Under the pieces are notes generated by a model. It had not been told where the DNA came from. It did not search any database and saw only the letters and a program-made list of their open reading frames with translations. The translations under genes and the position numbers were made by a program. Positions 9,495-18,975 of a DNA stretch of 64,000 nucleotides are shown here, piece by piece (the first letter of the stretch is position 1; every line of letters starts with the position of its first letter). The stretch comes from Candidatus Latescibacterota bacterium (GTDB lineage Bacteria > Latescibacterota > UBA2968 > UBA8231): contig OZ241889.1 of assembly GCA_965203355.1 (NCBI GenBank), positions 3,296,001 to 3,360,000 on the forward strand. Reading direction: 5' to 3'.

Positions 9495-11636
9495 TTAACC
9501 GATGATAAACACTACATTGCCGGTCTTGCCGGTACAGTAGTCAATGACGACCCACAGGCCGTTGCACAAGGTCTCGCCCATAATCAGCCCCAGAAAAAAG
9601 CGCACACTCGTCGCGTAGATCGCCGGGCCACCAAAGCGCAACACAACTAGCTTGATCGCCCAAGCCACGAAGACGCTGAACCAGATCTTGTCCATCAGGT
9701 GATTGGCCGCCACCGCAAAGCCCAGCGGGTGCAAAGGCCACCAGAGCAGGTGCTGCCGCGCCCACATCAGCAGGAGCATCGCAGCAGCACCCCCAGCGAA
9801 AAAACCCCACCCATCCCAGGCGACGCCGGCGGGTTCCAGCCCGCGTACCGCGTAGTTGTACACGGTCGCAGGTCCGCCCTTGAACAGCCAGCCGACCAAA
9901 TTGATCCCACCGTGGCGGTAGGCCATTTGCAACACCATCCAGCACGAGCCGACCGCGCCGATCAAGATCGCCAAATACACTCCCCACAACACCAGCCGAC
10001 GGCTCCGGCGGTCCAAGTCCTCGATCAGCTTCAGCCCATTGACCAGCAGCGCCATGACGAAGATGCGGATATCGGCGCACCAAATATAGGCCAGCGACAG
10101 ATTGAACACCCCGCTGGTGCCGACCAGATTGGCACCCAGCCCTTGGATCATCAAGTCCGGCGCGATCATCGGCGAGCGCACCGCCGCCAACCCAGCCTCG
10201 GCCACCACCCGACTGATCCCGATAAAAATCAACAGTGCCAGCCCTATAAACACCGCCGCCACCCACCAATACACGCCCATCAGCCACAGCCAACCCACCA
10301 TGACCCCAAAGCCGATTAGCAGGCCGCAGACCGCACTGCGATAGGTCGTGATCTCGTCGCCGTCATCCACATCGCGCCCGCCCCCAAATGCCTTGCGGAA
10401 CACCTCGCCAATGTGTTCCCGTCCCACCCACAACCCGACCAGCACCATCGCAATCAACGCCCCCCCACCTTGATACGCCAGATAGGGCTGCCCGGCAATC
10501 CCGTAGACGAACTTCTGCTTCGAGACGGCCCCCATCAGGATCAGGACCTCGGACTCGGCCTTGGCGATCAGTTGGAACACCCACAGCCCGGCCGAGATGC
10601 TCGTGTTGATCAAATAGGAAAAGCCAATGAGCGCGAAGAGGACCCGCAACTGCAACACTTGGCTACCCACGTAGGGCACCCCCCAGCTTAAATCAAAGGC
10701 GGGCAGCGCTGGATCGTAGTGATGCAGCGCCTTGAGCGAGCCGAAAAACAGGGGAATGGCGCAGCCGCACCACATCGCCCGGCTGGTAAAAAAGCGGTTG
10801 AGCAACCCCTCGCTCTCCCCCTGCACCATCGCCCGCCCGACTTGGGTAATCGGGTAGGCCAACCGCTCGCGGTCCATCCATTGTCGCCGCAAAATCACCG
10901 CCAGCGAGACCATCGCCACGTAAAGCGCACTGAGAAACACCACCCACCACGCCAGCGGCTCGACCCAAGCTCCGTAGGAAATTTCGCCTCCCTCGAAAAA
11001 GGCGCGATTGTCCGCGCCGTCATCGACCAAAATGGCGCGCTCGGGCAAGAGCGCCCGCAGCTTTTCCTCCCATTGGTTCTGCGGCGTGGCATAGTAGAAA
11101 AACGCAGCGATGATCGGCAGTAACTGCTGGCTCATGCCCATGGTACACACAGCCGAGACCATCAACAGCATGATGTACACTAGCACCAGATCGGCGCGGT
11201 TGAGTGCCAGCGAGCCGCCGCGCAGGGCCACGCCGAGGTTGAGCAGGGCCGAGGCCACCAAAAAGGAAGCCAACCACCAGCCCGGATCGCTCACGTCAAA
11301 TGGCGGCGCCAGGGAGTGCGCCAGATAGGCGACCAGCGCCACCACAGCCAGCCCTAGCGCCCAGCCCCGATTCCGCGCGGCCACCTTAAAGAGGACGTTT
11401 AGTAGGCCGATTAGAACTAAAAACAGAAAAATGGCGCCCGGGGTGTTAAAATCCCACGCCATGAACGTCGCGTGCATGGCCGTATTGGCATACGGCGCGC
11501 CAAGGGCCAAAAAGAAGCTCAGAAAGACCCCGGTCCAAAAGCCGCGCCAAGTAATGCCGGTGTGCCCCGCTAACTTCGGCGTCGCCGGGCCGGATTCGAG
11601 GTGGTCGGCAAATGTAGCGGGAATCAAGCGCTGCAA
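9495..11636 (-). CDS. DUF6785/DUF6784-type polytopic membrane protein
   Basis: YYATPQNQW, LRRQWMDRERLAYPI, RVVAEAG, YRHGG, WWPLHPLGF, FFLGLIMG; paralogous to 58358-60298; start uncertain (TTG). Confidence 0.75.
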   Translation of the reverse strand: MQRLIPATFADHLESGPATPKLAGHTGITWRGFWTGVFLSFFLALGAPYANTAMHATFMAWDFNTPGAIFLFLVLIGLLNVLFKVAARNRGWALGLAVVALVAYLAHSLAPPFDVSDPGWWLASFLVASALLNLGVALRGGSLALNRADLVLVYIMLLMVSAVCTMGMSQQLLPIIAAFFYYATPQNQWEEKLRALLPERAILVDDGADNRAFFEGGEISYGAWVEPLAWWVVFLSALYVAMVSLAVILRRQWMDRERLAYPITQVGRAMVQGESEGLLNRFFTSRAMWCGCAIPLFFGSLKALHHYDPALPAFDLSWGVPYVGSQVLQLRVLFALIGFSYLINTSISAGLWVFQLIAKAESEVLILMGAVSKQKFVYGIAGQPYLAYQGGGALIAMVLVGLWVGREHIGEVFRKAFGGGRDVDDGDEITTYRSAVCGLLIGFGVMVGWLWLMGVYWWVAAVFIGLALLIFIGISRVVAEAGLAAVRSPMIAPDLMIQGLGANLVGTSGVFNLSLAYIWCADIRIFVMALLVNGLKLIEDLDRRSRRLVLWGVYLAILIGAVGSCWMVLQMAYRHGGINLVGWLFKGGPATVYNYAVRGLEPAGVAWDGWGFFAGGAAAMLLLMWARQHLLWWPLHPLGFAVAANHLMDKIWFSVFVAWAIKLVVLRFGGPAIYATSVRFFLGLIMGETLCNGLWVVIDYCTGKTGNVVFIIG

Positions 11637-11639
11637 ACT

Positions 11640-13490
11640 TCAAGGCTCCACGTGGATGTCGGCCAGCGCGGGCGTCTGGGCGATCAAGGTACGCACGCGA
11701 TGCAGATGCCGCTGCCCAGCCTGGCTCAGCGCGGCCTCGCCCCGGACCAGCAAATCGCGCTGCTCCAGCGCATCGGTCGCCAAGTCGAACAACATGGAGC
11801 CGCGCCAACTATAGTTGATGTACTTCCAATCGTCGGCCACAATCGCATAGCCTTTGCGCGACCACTGCACGTGTTCGTCCGTGTTGACCACCACGATCAG
11901 ACGCTCGGGCTCCAGCGGACGCAGGAGCGAGCAGCCGTCCAGTCGCTCCTGCCACGCAACGACCAAGGAATCCGCCGACAGCCCGAGGAGGTCCAGCGCA
12001 GTTGGCACCAAGTCCGTCAGTGCCACCCGCCTCGGCGCGTTCTGACGCAACTGATCCCAACCCGCCCCCAACCGCTGCCGCTGCCGCTCGGGCACGACAG
12101 CAAAAAACGGAACGGCAATCGCCGGCTGATAATACGAATCCGTGCGGTGGAGTTTGTGGACGCCGTCGAGATCTTCGCCGTGGTCGGCCACAAAGAGCAC
12201 CATCGTATTCGCGGCGAGGCCCGCTGCGGCGAGGTAGTCAAACAGCCGTCCGAGCAGATGATCCATGTAGGCCACTGCATTATCATAGCGCCCGTCCGGC
12301 CACGCCTGCCAATCCGGCGGCGCGTAGCCCGGATAATGCGTGCAGTTGAATTGCAGGGCCACCACAAACGGGCCGTGCGCGGCAAAGCGGTCGATGGTTG
12401 CGAGAGTCTCGGCCATCATCCGGCGGTCATCCATCCCCTCGGAGTTGACGATCTCGGCGTCTGAACGCTCCAGCGTAAACACGTGATCGAGCGCGTCATC
12501 GACGAAAAAGCCTTCGAGATTGTTCCAAGCATAGCTCTGCGCCGAGATCAGCGCGGTCTGGTAGCCAGCGGCGTGGGCGTAGTGCCACAGCAGCGGGAAG
12601 GTGTGCTGCTCCACCGGTGGGCGCGACGGGAACAGGCCAGTCAGCATGGCGGGCAGGGCCACTTTAGTCGCCGTGGCATTGGACACGGCCTTTTCCATCT
12701 GTACCCAATCGGCGGGCCGCGCCTGGCGCAATGCCGCCAGCCGGGGCGTGGTTTGCCGCTCGTACCCGTAGATCCCCAGGCGGCTAAACGCAACGCTTTC
12801 CCCAATCACCACGATGAGGTTGGGCGCACTCGCATCTACGGGCGTCCCGCTATAAATCGCCGCCGCCCCCGGGCGGCTCGCTTGCAACAAACGCCCGTGT
12901 ACCCCGCCGACGAGCGCGTGAACGGCCAAGTCAACGGCCAGCTTGGCGGCCGCGGCATCCGGCACCATGATGCTCGCGTGGCGATGCACCGCGCCAAAGG
13001 CCACCACCCCGGCCAAGCCCAGCGCGGCCACCAGGCGACCGGGCACGGGCTGGCCGCCCGGCCGCAACTTGTAGCGCCACCAACCCACCACGAAAACCAC
13101 CACTACCACCCAGACGCCCGCGTCCCCCCAATCGACCTCATTGAGGATATACCCCCAAGCCTCGCGTGGATGGCTGGCCGAATGCACGAGCGCGTAGGCC
13201 GTCGGCCAGCAGTAAAACACGCGGTGAAAGCCAAGCCAAGCCATCGCCAGCCCCGCGACTATCGCGCCGACGCCGAGGACAAACGCGGTTTGCCAGCGCG
13301 GACGCAATCGGCCGCTAAGCGCGAAAAGAGCCTGCCACATCACCAGCGAAAACGCCACCGACAGCCCCCACCACGCCCACTGCATCAAGCGCAAGTCGAG
13401 CGTCGGTCGCAGCCACAGATCGACGGCCACGCCCAATAAGGTGATGGGCAACAAGGGCAACATTTGCTTTCGCCCGGCGAAATCGTCCAT
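11640..13490 (-). CDS. Phosphoethanolamine transferase/LTA synthase-like membrane protein (alkaline phosphatase superfamily)
   Basis: N-terminal TMs; VIGES, YGYERQTTPRL, SNATATKVALP (Thr nucleophile), YDNAVAYMD, ADHGE. Confidence 0.75.
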   Translation of the reverse strand: MDDFAGRKQMLPLLPITLLGVAVDLWLRPTLDLRLMQWAWWGLSVAFSLVMWQALFALSGRLRPRWQTAFVLGVGAIVAGLAMAWLGFHRVFYCWPTAYALVHSASHPREAWGYILNEVDWGDAGVWVVVVVFVVGWWRYKLRPGGQPVPGRLVAALGLAGVVAFGAVHRHASIMVPDAAAAKLAVDLAVHALVGGVHGRLLQASRPGAAAIYSGTPVDASAPNLIVVIGESVAFSRLGIYGYERQTTPRLAALRQARPADWVQMEKAVSNATATKVALPAMLTGLFPSRPPVEQHTFPLLWHYAHAAGYQTALISAQSYAWNNLEGFFVDDALDHVFTLERSDAEIVNSEGMDDRRMMAETLATIDRFAAHGPFVVALQFNCTHYPGYAPPDWQAWPDGRYDNAVAYMDHLLGRLFDYLAAAGLAANTMVLFVADHGEDLDGVHKLHRTDSYYQPAIAVPFFAVVPERQRQRLGAGWDQLRQNAPRRVALTDLVPTALDLLGLSADSLVVAWQERLDGCSLLRPLEPERLIVVVNTDEHVQWSRKGYAIVADDWKYINYSWRGSMLFDLATDALEQRDLLVRGEAALSQAGQRHLHRVRTLIAQTPALADIHVEP

Positions 13491-13553
13491 CAGAACCTAG
13501 CGATCATCGCGTTCTCCCGCTTCGCCGCAGTTTATTCGGGGTTACAAGAAGCC

Positions 13554-14669
13554 TTAGTGCGCGACCGAGCCGTCGGCGTGGAAATGGCCCTTAATCGCCC
13601 AGCGCTCGTACGGGTATTTCGCCAGCGCATCCTCGACTATTTCAATCCCGATCCCCGGCCGATTGGTCAATAGCCGATAGCCGCCCTCGACCCGTAGTTG
13701 CTCATCGACGATCTCGGCCAGCGGCCCGTTGAGGGCATTGTGCTCGGTGTGCGTGTAGTTGGGAATGGCCGCGGCCAGGTGCGCGAAAGCCGCGTTGTTG
13801 ATGGGGCTACCCATCAGATGCGGAAAAATGCCCACAAAAGCCGCCTCGGCCAGCGCGGCAATTTTCTTCACCTGTGTGAATCCGCCCGCCAACGACACGT
13901 CTGGCCGAATCAGACTGACCACCTGGCGGTCGATCAGATCCTTGAACTGAAAAATGTTGTAACACCGCTCGCCGGTGGCGATGGGGATGTTGATGTGGCG
14001 GGCGACGTATTCTAACGCCTCCAAGCTCTGCGGCGCCAATGGGTCTTCGTAGTACAGTATTTTGAACGGCGCCAATTCGGTCGCCAAGACAATGGCTTCC
14101 TCCGGCCGCAAGTTCCGGTGGATCTCCAACCCCAAATCCACCTCATCCCCAAGCACCTCGCGCGCCGCCGCGACCAATTCCACGGCCAGCGAAATGTTGG
14201 CCGTGCTGGTGCGTTGCTCAAACCCGCGGACAAACGGCGTCATCCGCAATGACGTAAACCCCTGCGCCATCCGCTGCTGCGCACACGCCCGCACTTCCGC
14301 AGCCGTATCCCCGCTGATATTCTCGAACAACTTTACCTTGTCGCGGCACTTGCCGCCCAGCAATTGGTACACGGGCAAACCCATGGCCTGGCCGAATAGA
14401 TCCCACAGCGCAATGTCGATCGCACTCAGCGCCGCACTCAGCGCCGCCCCCATGAAGTGCGCGGACCGCGACACCACCTGATAGTGGTGCTCCATGTGCA
14501 GCGGATCCTTGCCCACGTAGTAATCGCTCAACTCGTCCAGTGCTTCTTTCACCACCCGGTGATGCGCCCACAACCCAGCTTCCCCATTGCCGACGATTCC
14601 TTCGTCTGTATAGACCCGCACCAACAAAAACCGGCCCACCAAAAACGCCCGAATCTCCGTGATTTTCAT
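13554..14669 (-). CDS. Mandelate racemase/enolase-superfamily acid-sugar dehydratase (DgoD-like)
   Basis: MKITEI, VYTDEGIVGNGE, SAIDIALWD, PVYQLLGGKCRD, YEDP, IATGER; SD GAGGA upstream of 14669. Confidence 0.85.
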   Translation of the reverse strand: MKITEIRAFLVGRFLLVRVYTDEGIVGNGEAGLWAHHRVVKEALDELSDYYVGKDPLHMEHHYQVVSRSAHFMGAALSAALSAIDIALWDLFGQAMGLPVYQLLGGKCRDKVKLFENISGDTAAEVRACAQQRMAQGFTSLRMTPFVRGFEQRTSTANISLAVELVAAAREVLGDEVDLGLEIHRNLRPEEAIVLATELAPFKILYYEDPLAPQSLEALEYVARHINIPIATGERCYNIFQFKDLIDRQVVSLIRPDVSLAGGFTQVKKIAALAEAAFVGIFPHLMGSPINNAAFAHLAAAIPNYTHTEHNALNGPLAEIVDEQLRVEGGYRLLTNRPGIGIEIVEDALAKYPYERWAIKGHFHADGSVAH

Positions 14670-14679
14670 TTTCATTTCC

Positions 14680-15438
14680 TCAAGCCTTTTGGGCCGCGTC
14701 AAAAAGCGAGGGCCGTGCATGGAAATACGGCGGCTCAAAAAGCAACCCCTGCCGCTCGGTCAAGGCCACGCCCGCTGGCGGCGCAATGTGGTGTTTAGAC
14801 CACGACTGCTGCCCTGGACTGTACTTGAACAACAGCGAGCGCCGCTGATGTGCAGCTCGCCACGGTGCCGTGCCGTGCGTCAGTGCCTCGGTAAAAATTA
14901 CCACGGACCCGGCTTTTGCCTCCGGCACTACGACGCACCCGGCCTCGACATGAGCCTCGCGGATTTCCTGCGGACAGGGGTAGTTGACCTTGTGGCTGCC
15001 CGGAATACAGCAAAAACCACCCTGTACTGGCCCGGTGTCGGCCAAGTTCCAAGAAACCACTGTCAGCCCATTGTACATCTTTCCATTGCGGAAGTGGTAG
15101 TACTCTGGCGGGTCATAGGGCGTGTTGCCGCCGTGCAACCCGAGCCGCTCAGCACCGGCCTTTAGGTAGATCGCATAGTAGTGATCAAGCCGGAAGCCGT
15201 CGCCTAAAATCACTTTGAGCAGGGGCATGACGCGCTCGTGGTCCAGCAAATCGACAAAGGGCTGGCCCCACGTCAAAAAGCCGCCGGTGTGCAGCCGCCC
15301 TCGCGCCTGTTCGACATCCGCGTCCATCGCTTGAGCGTCAATCAGCCGATTTAGCTCGGCGACAGCTTGGGCGTCCAACACGTCTTCGATGATCAGATAA
15401 CCCTGAAGGTCAAACAGATATTGCTCTACTTCGGTCAT
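14680..15438 (-). CDS. Phytanoyl-CoA dioxygenase (PhyH) family protein
   Basis: YLFDLQGYL, LHGG, GGFCCIPGSHK, AGSVVIFTEALTHG. Confidence 0.85.
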   Translation of the reverse strand: MTEVEQYLFDLQGYLIIEDVLDAQAVAELNRLIDAQAMDADVEQARGRLHTGGFLTWGQPFVDLLDHERVMPLLKVILGDGFRLDHYYAIYLKAGAERLGLHGGNTPYDPPEYYHFRNGKMYNGLTVVSWNLADTGPVQGGFCCIPGSHKVNYPCPQEIREAHVEAGCVVVPEAKAGSVVIFTEALTHGTAPWRAAHQRRSLLFKYSPGQQSWSKHHIAPPAGVALTERQGLLFEPPYFHARPSLFDAAQKA

Positions 15439-15626
15439 GGATAGTGGCTCCTGGTTGGGTGGTCATGTGAGCGGGACGCATGCGTGCGACTATGACGGGT
15501 TCGTTAGGAGGTAGGGGTGTGATTTAAGCGGGCTTAAGATACAGCGGACGGACCCTCAGAATTCCCTATGGTATTAGGCCGTAGAACACATATACAAGGC
15601 AGTCTATCCGACTCCCGGCAACCCCT

Positions 15627-16094
15627 CTATCGAACAGGTGTTTCTGCGGCATTTTGTTCCCGTTCGGCGCGGCGTGAACGAGAGCCATACACGAAACATC
15701 CGGCCAATCCAACAAGGTCCAGTCCTACAAGCACCCCTCCTGCCCAATCATGCCCATTGTCAATAATATAAATGCCACCAAGAAGCCCCGTCATCGAGAG
15801 TATGAAGCCAAAAACTAGCCCCAGATGACTCCGTCGAGAGTCCCCTGTAATAACTGTTTTTTCTATTTGGATACGATGCGCTGTTTGTCCTTCAGCCATC
15901 TCCAAGATTCTATTCGCCGCACCTGGGACTAGATCTTCATATTTTTGCAACACTTCCGGCGGCGGGATAGGGCCTGCCCAGACTTCAGTGGCACTAACAG
16001 TCATCTGCGTCTGTTTGTCTTGAGACGCAACGGAATTAGTCTGCCGCTCAGCAGGCCGACTCTTGGTTTTGCTCCTTTGCTTTCTTTTACTCAT
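15627..16094 (-). CDS. DUF2335-type membrane protein
   Basis: WAGPIPPPEVLQKYEDLVPGAANRILEMAE signature plus two TM helices. Confidence 0.8.
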   Translation of the reverse strand: MSKRKQRSKTKSRPAERQTNSVASQDKQTQMTVSATEVWAGPIPPPEVLQKYEDLVPGAANRILEMAEGQTAHRIQIEKTVITGDSRRSHLGLVFGFILSMTGLLGGIYIIDNGHDWAGGVLVGLDLVGLAGCFVYGSRSRRAEREQNAAETPVR

Positions 16095-16123
16095 TCTGTC
16101 CTACCGTGCCAGCGGCCCCTGCT

Positions 16124-16381
16124 CTATTCGCCGACCGAAACGCCTTCCTCCTCAATCGCAAGATCGGGGCAATGTTCGGCCTCTGCTGCCTCAAATTCGG
16201 CGACCGCGTTACGAAAGTCCAAGCCAATCATAGCCCAGTCCCTTGCTATAGCGGCATAGTCCGCTTCCGCACCGCTTGAATACGATTTGTACTCATTTAG
16301 ACTGTTGCCGAAGTCCATAAGACGCGCTATCCCCTCCAGAAATGACGGCCTCGGACCTAAGCAATAACTATACCGCTCCAT
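16124..16381 (-). CDS. Small hypothetical protein upstream of the DUF2335 gene
   Basis: PSFLEGIARLMDFG...ADYAAIARDWAMIGLDFRNA, a pattern recalled for the small partner of DUF2335 genes. Confidence 0.55.
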   Translation of the reverse strand: MERYSYCLGPRPSFLEGIARLMDFGNSLNEYKSYSSGAEADYAAIARDWAMIGLDFRNAVAEFEAAEAEHCPDLAIEEEGVSVGE

Positions 16382-16552
16382 TTTATAACTCCCTATTCTT
16401 ACAGTGTTTATGCGTTAGCTACAGGCTTATTTCAAGTAATTCATACTACTTTTTCGCTTGCCACCTGTCAAGCGCGGTCTCGTTTTGCCTCATCGCTGCC
16501 AATGATGGGGGCCAACTCGATCAGACTCTATAGAAAATCACAGATATGGTGG

Positions 16553-16918
16553 TCAATTATCGCTCAAGGACTTCTCAAGATCTTCTACTGCTTCTATTGC
16601 CTCGGCAATCTCTTTCTTGACCGGATTGATAGTACTGTCGTGGCTGAGCGGATTTAAAATGATCTTTCGGTACAGTTCAATCTTTTCAATGAGTTCTTTT
16701 TTTAATAAACCTTTGCATTTTATCGGACGCCAAAAATCTTCAAATTGGTGAGAGCTGACGGCGGATTCCAAGAATAGCTTCAACGCCATATACAGCGATG
16801 ACTTTCCACTACCGTTTTCACCGTAAATGAGCAGGTTCTTTCCAGCCTTGTGTAGGTTGATTTGGTACGACCCGTAGAAGGCTCTGAAGTTTTTAATTTC
16901 AATCTCTGTAATTCTCAT
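16553..16918 (-). pseudogene. Internally deleted ABC/AAA ATPase with HEPN-like tail
   Basis: MRITEIEIKNFRAF and Walker A GENGSGKSS run almost directly into a RKIILNPLSHD tail in only 121 aa; no signature or Walker B; ATGA overlap with the RM gene. Confidence 0.7.
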
Positions 16919-18047
16919 GTCTTGCCCTCAATGATGCGAATGATTTCCAAACTATCGAGAAAGAAAAGATTCTTCCTCACGGGATGCTCTTTGTCAAACA
17001 GCCGCTCAAAAATATCGCGTAGCGCGGGCATCTTATCGTCAGCCATATCCTCGATTGAAGGAAGTTTTTCGTCCAATAGCGGCTTGGAGAAGTACTTGCC
17101 GGCACTATGGAGTTCATCCATCAGATAGAGTTCGTAAACCAACCCGTCAATGATCTGCTCAAAGTACTTGACCATGAGATAATCGCGGGCGTGGGATAGA
17201 TTTTTGCCGTCAGTGCATGGCTGCTGCTGCTTGAGATAGATGATGTAATCCACCATATTAACGATGGGATGTTGATGAGAGCCTTCTAAATTTGGAAATT
17301 TTAATGAGTTCAATTCTCCTGCGGATACTTGGGTATTGCTGTTGATATGTCTAAAAACGAAGTCAGTAAACTTCGAGTTCAAAATTCCCAGCACGAATTT
17401 CAAGGATACGTCTTTGGTTTGTGTAATTAGATAGGATGTATGGTTCTCTGTCTGAATAGGATAACCAAAAGTGTGAGGCGAAAATAAGTGAGCAATTATA
17501 CGTCGCTCTTGTTCCACAGAAGTAGTTCTTTGTACGATGATAGTATCATGCGTAATGGGCTGATGTTTTTCTAGTCGTTCGTTTATATAGATTCTATCTG
17601 CTCGTTTTCTCGCTTCACTATAACAATATCGTTGAACGTTTTCAGCCCAGATAAGTCGTGTCGAGATAGAAAGCGGAGTATCTCCCAAAACAGACTTGTA
17701 TAAATCCCACTGTATCTTCCCTGTTGTAAAAGATAAGCTATATTCTTTGAGGGATTTGAGTTTTCTAAGTCTTTTAAAAACTTCATATACTTGGTAGTTA
17801 TTCCCAACGATGAACAACGGGGTATTGTTTTGAGAATATAAAAAATCCTCTTGCGAAACTTCTATCCAATTTTTTTCTGAAATATCTTCTTTCCTTAATA
17901 TACTTTTCACTCTGATCGGATCGATAATACCCGTATTCTGAAAGCTGTTCACAATACAAGACTGCAATACGGACTTAAATACATTTCGACGATCGACAAT
18001 ATTCAAAATAGATCTAATTTGGCTGTGTTTCAAGACAAAAGTTCTAA
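16915..18047 (-). pseudogene. 3' part (target recognition/TaqI-C-like) of IS-disrupted type IIG RM gene
   Basis: FVLGILNSK, HPIVNMVDYII, IDGLVYELY; joins in frame with the 5' part when the IS is removed. Confidence 0.85.
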
Positions 18048-18975
18048 GAAGCGTTTTTAAAATTCATTTTTTTTAGCGATTCGCTTGAGTATCAAATGGA
18101 TCATCGCGATTTGGATAAAGGCTTCACTATTGCAAGTTAGGTGCTCGTAGTCTTTGGCATGGACTCGATAGTTGAGTAGCCAAGCAAACGTTCGTTCGAC
18201 GACCCAACGACGAGGGAGCACCTCAAAGCCGGAGCCTTGTCTGGATACGACTTCAAGGTCTATTTTGTGCGTTTTTTTTTTGAGCCACCCATTGCCTAAG
18301 CGGCGCGCCTTTATAGGCTCCATCCACCCACAGCTTGCGTAACCTTTGTACCGTGGGTGAAAAGTAGGTTTTCAACAAGGTCTTCAAGCCGTCGGCATCC
18401 GAGGTCGAAGCAGCGGTCACCACACACTCAATCAGACGACCCTCGGTGTCGACCAACAGATGGCGTTTGCGTCCTTTAACCTTCTTGCCGGCATCGTATC
18501 CAACACTTTTACCTTGGGTGGCCGTGGTAACGCTCTGCGCGTCCACGATCCCCGCCGACGGGGTCGGTGCCCGGCCGTGCTGGATGCGATCCTGCCTGGT
18601 TAGGGCGTCGAGTATCTGTGGCCAAACCCCTTGTTGACGCCAGCGATTGAAGTAGCCATACACCGTTTGCCAAGGCCCAAAACACCGCGGCAGCATCGGC
18701 CAAGGACACCCGGTTTTAGCCCGATACAGTAGACCATTCATCACCAAACGCACCGCCCGAGGTGGCCGACCCGGACCCCCTTGACGCCAACGGCCCCGAG
18801 GCAGCAGACGAGCAAGTAACAGCCATTGTGCATCGGTCAAATCCGTCGCATATTCTACACCGGGCGTACCCATATATAACCCCCCTTTCAGGCTTTGTGA
18901 TGAAACCTAAAGGTCGGTTCATGGGTACGTCCTTTCAAGGGAAAATCAACTAAAAGTGAATTTTAAAAAGGCTTC
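18048..18975 (-). mobile_element. IS5-family insertion sequence (IS1031-like), 928 bp
   Basis: 19-bp TIRs GAAGC(G/C)TTTTTAAAATTCA at 18048-18066 and 18957-18975 (18/19 match); TAA duplication at 18045-18047 and 18976-18978. Confidence 0.95.
18057..18873 (-). CDS. IS5-family DDE transposase, split across two frames at an A10 tract
   Basis: [40 protein letters not shown] in ORF 18253-18873; [10 protein letters not shown] in ORF 18057-18323; T10 on + strand at 18272-18281. Confidence 0.9.
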
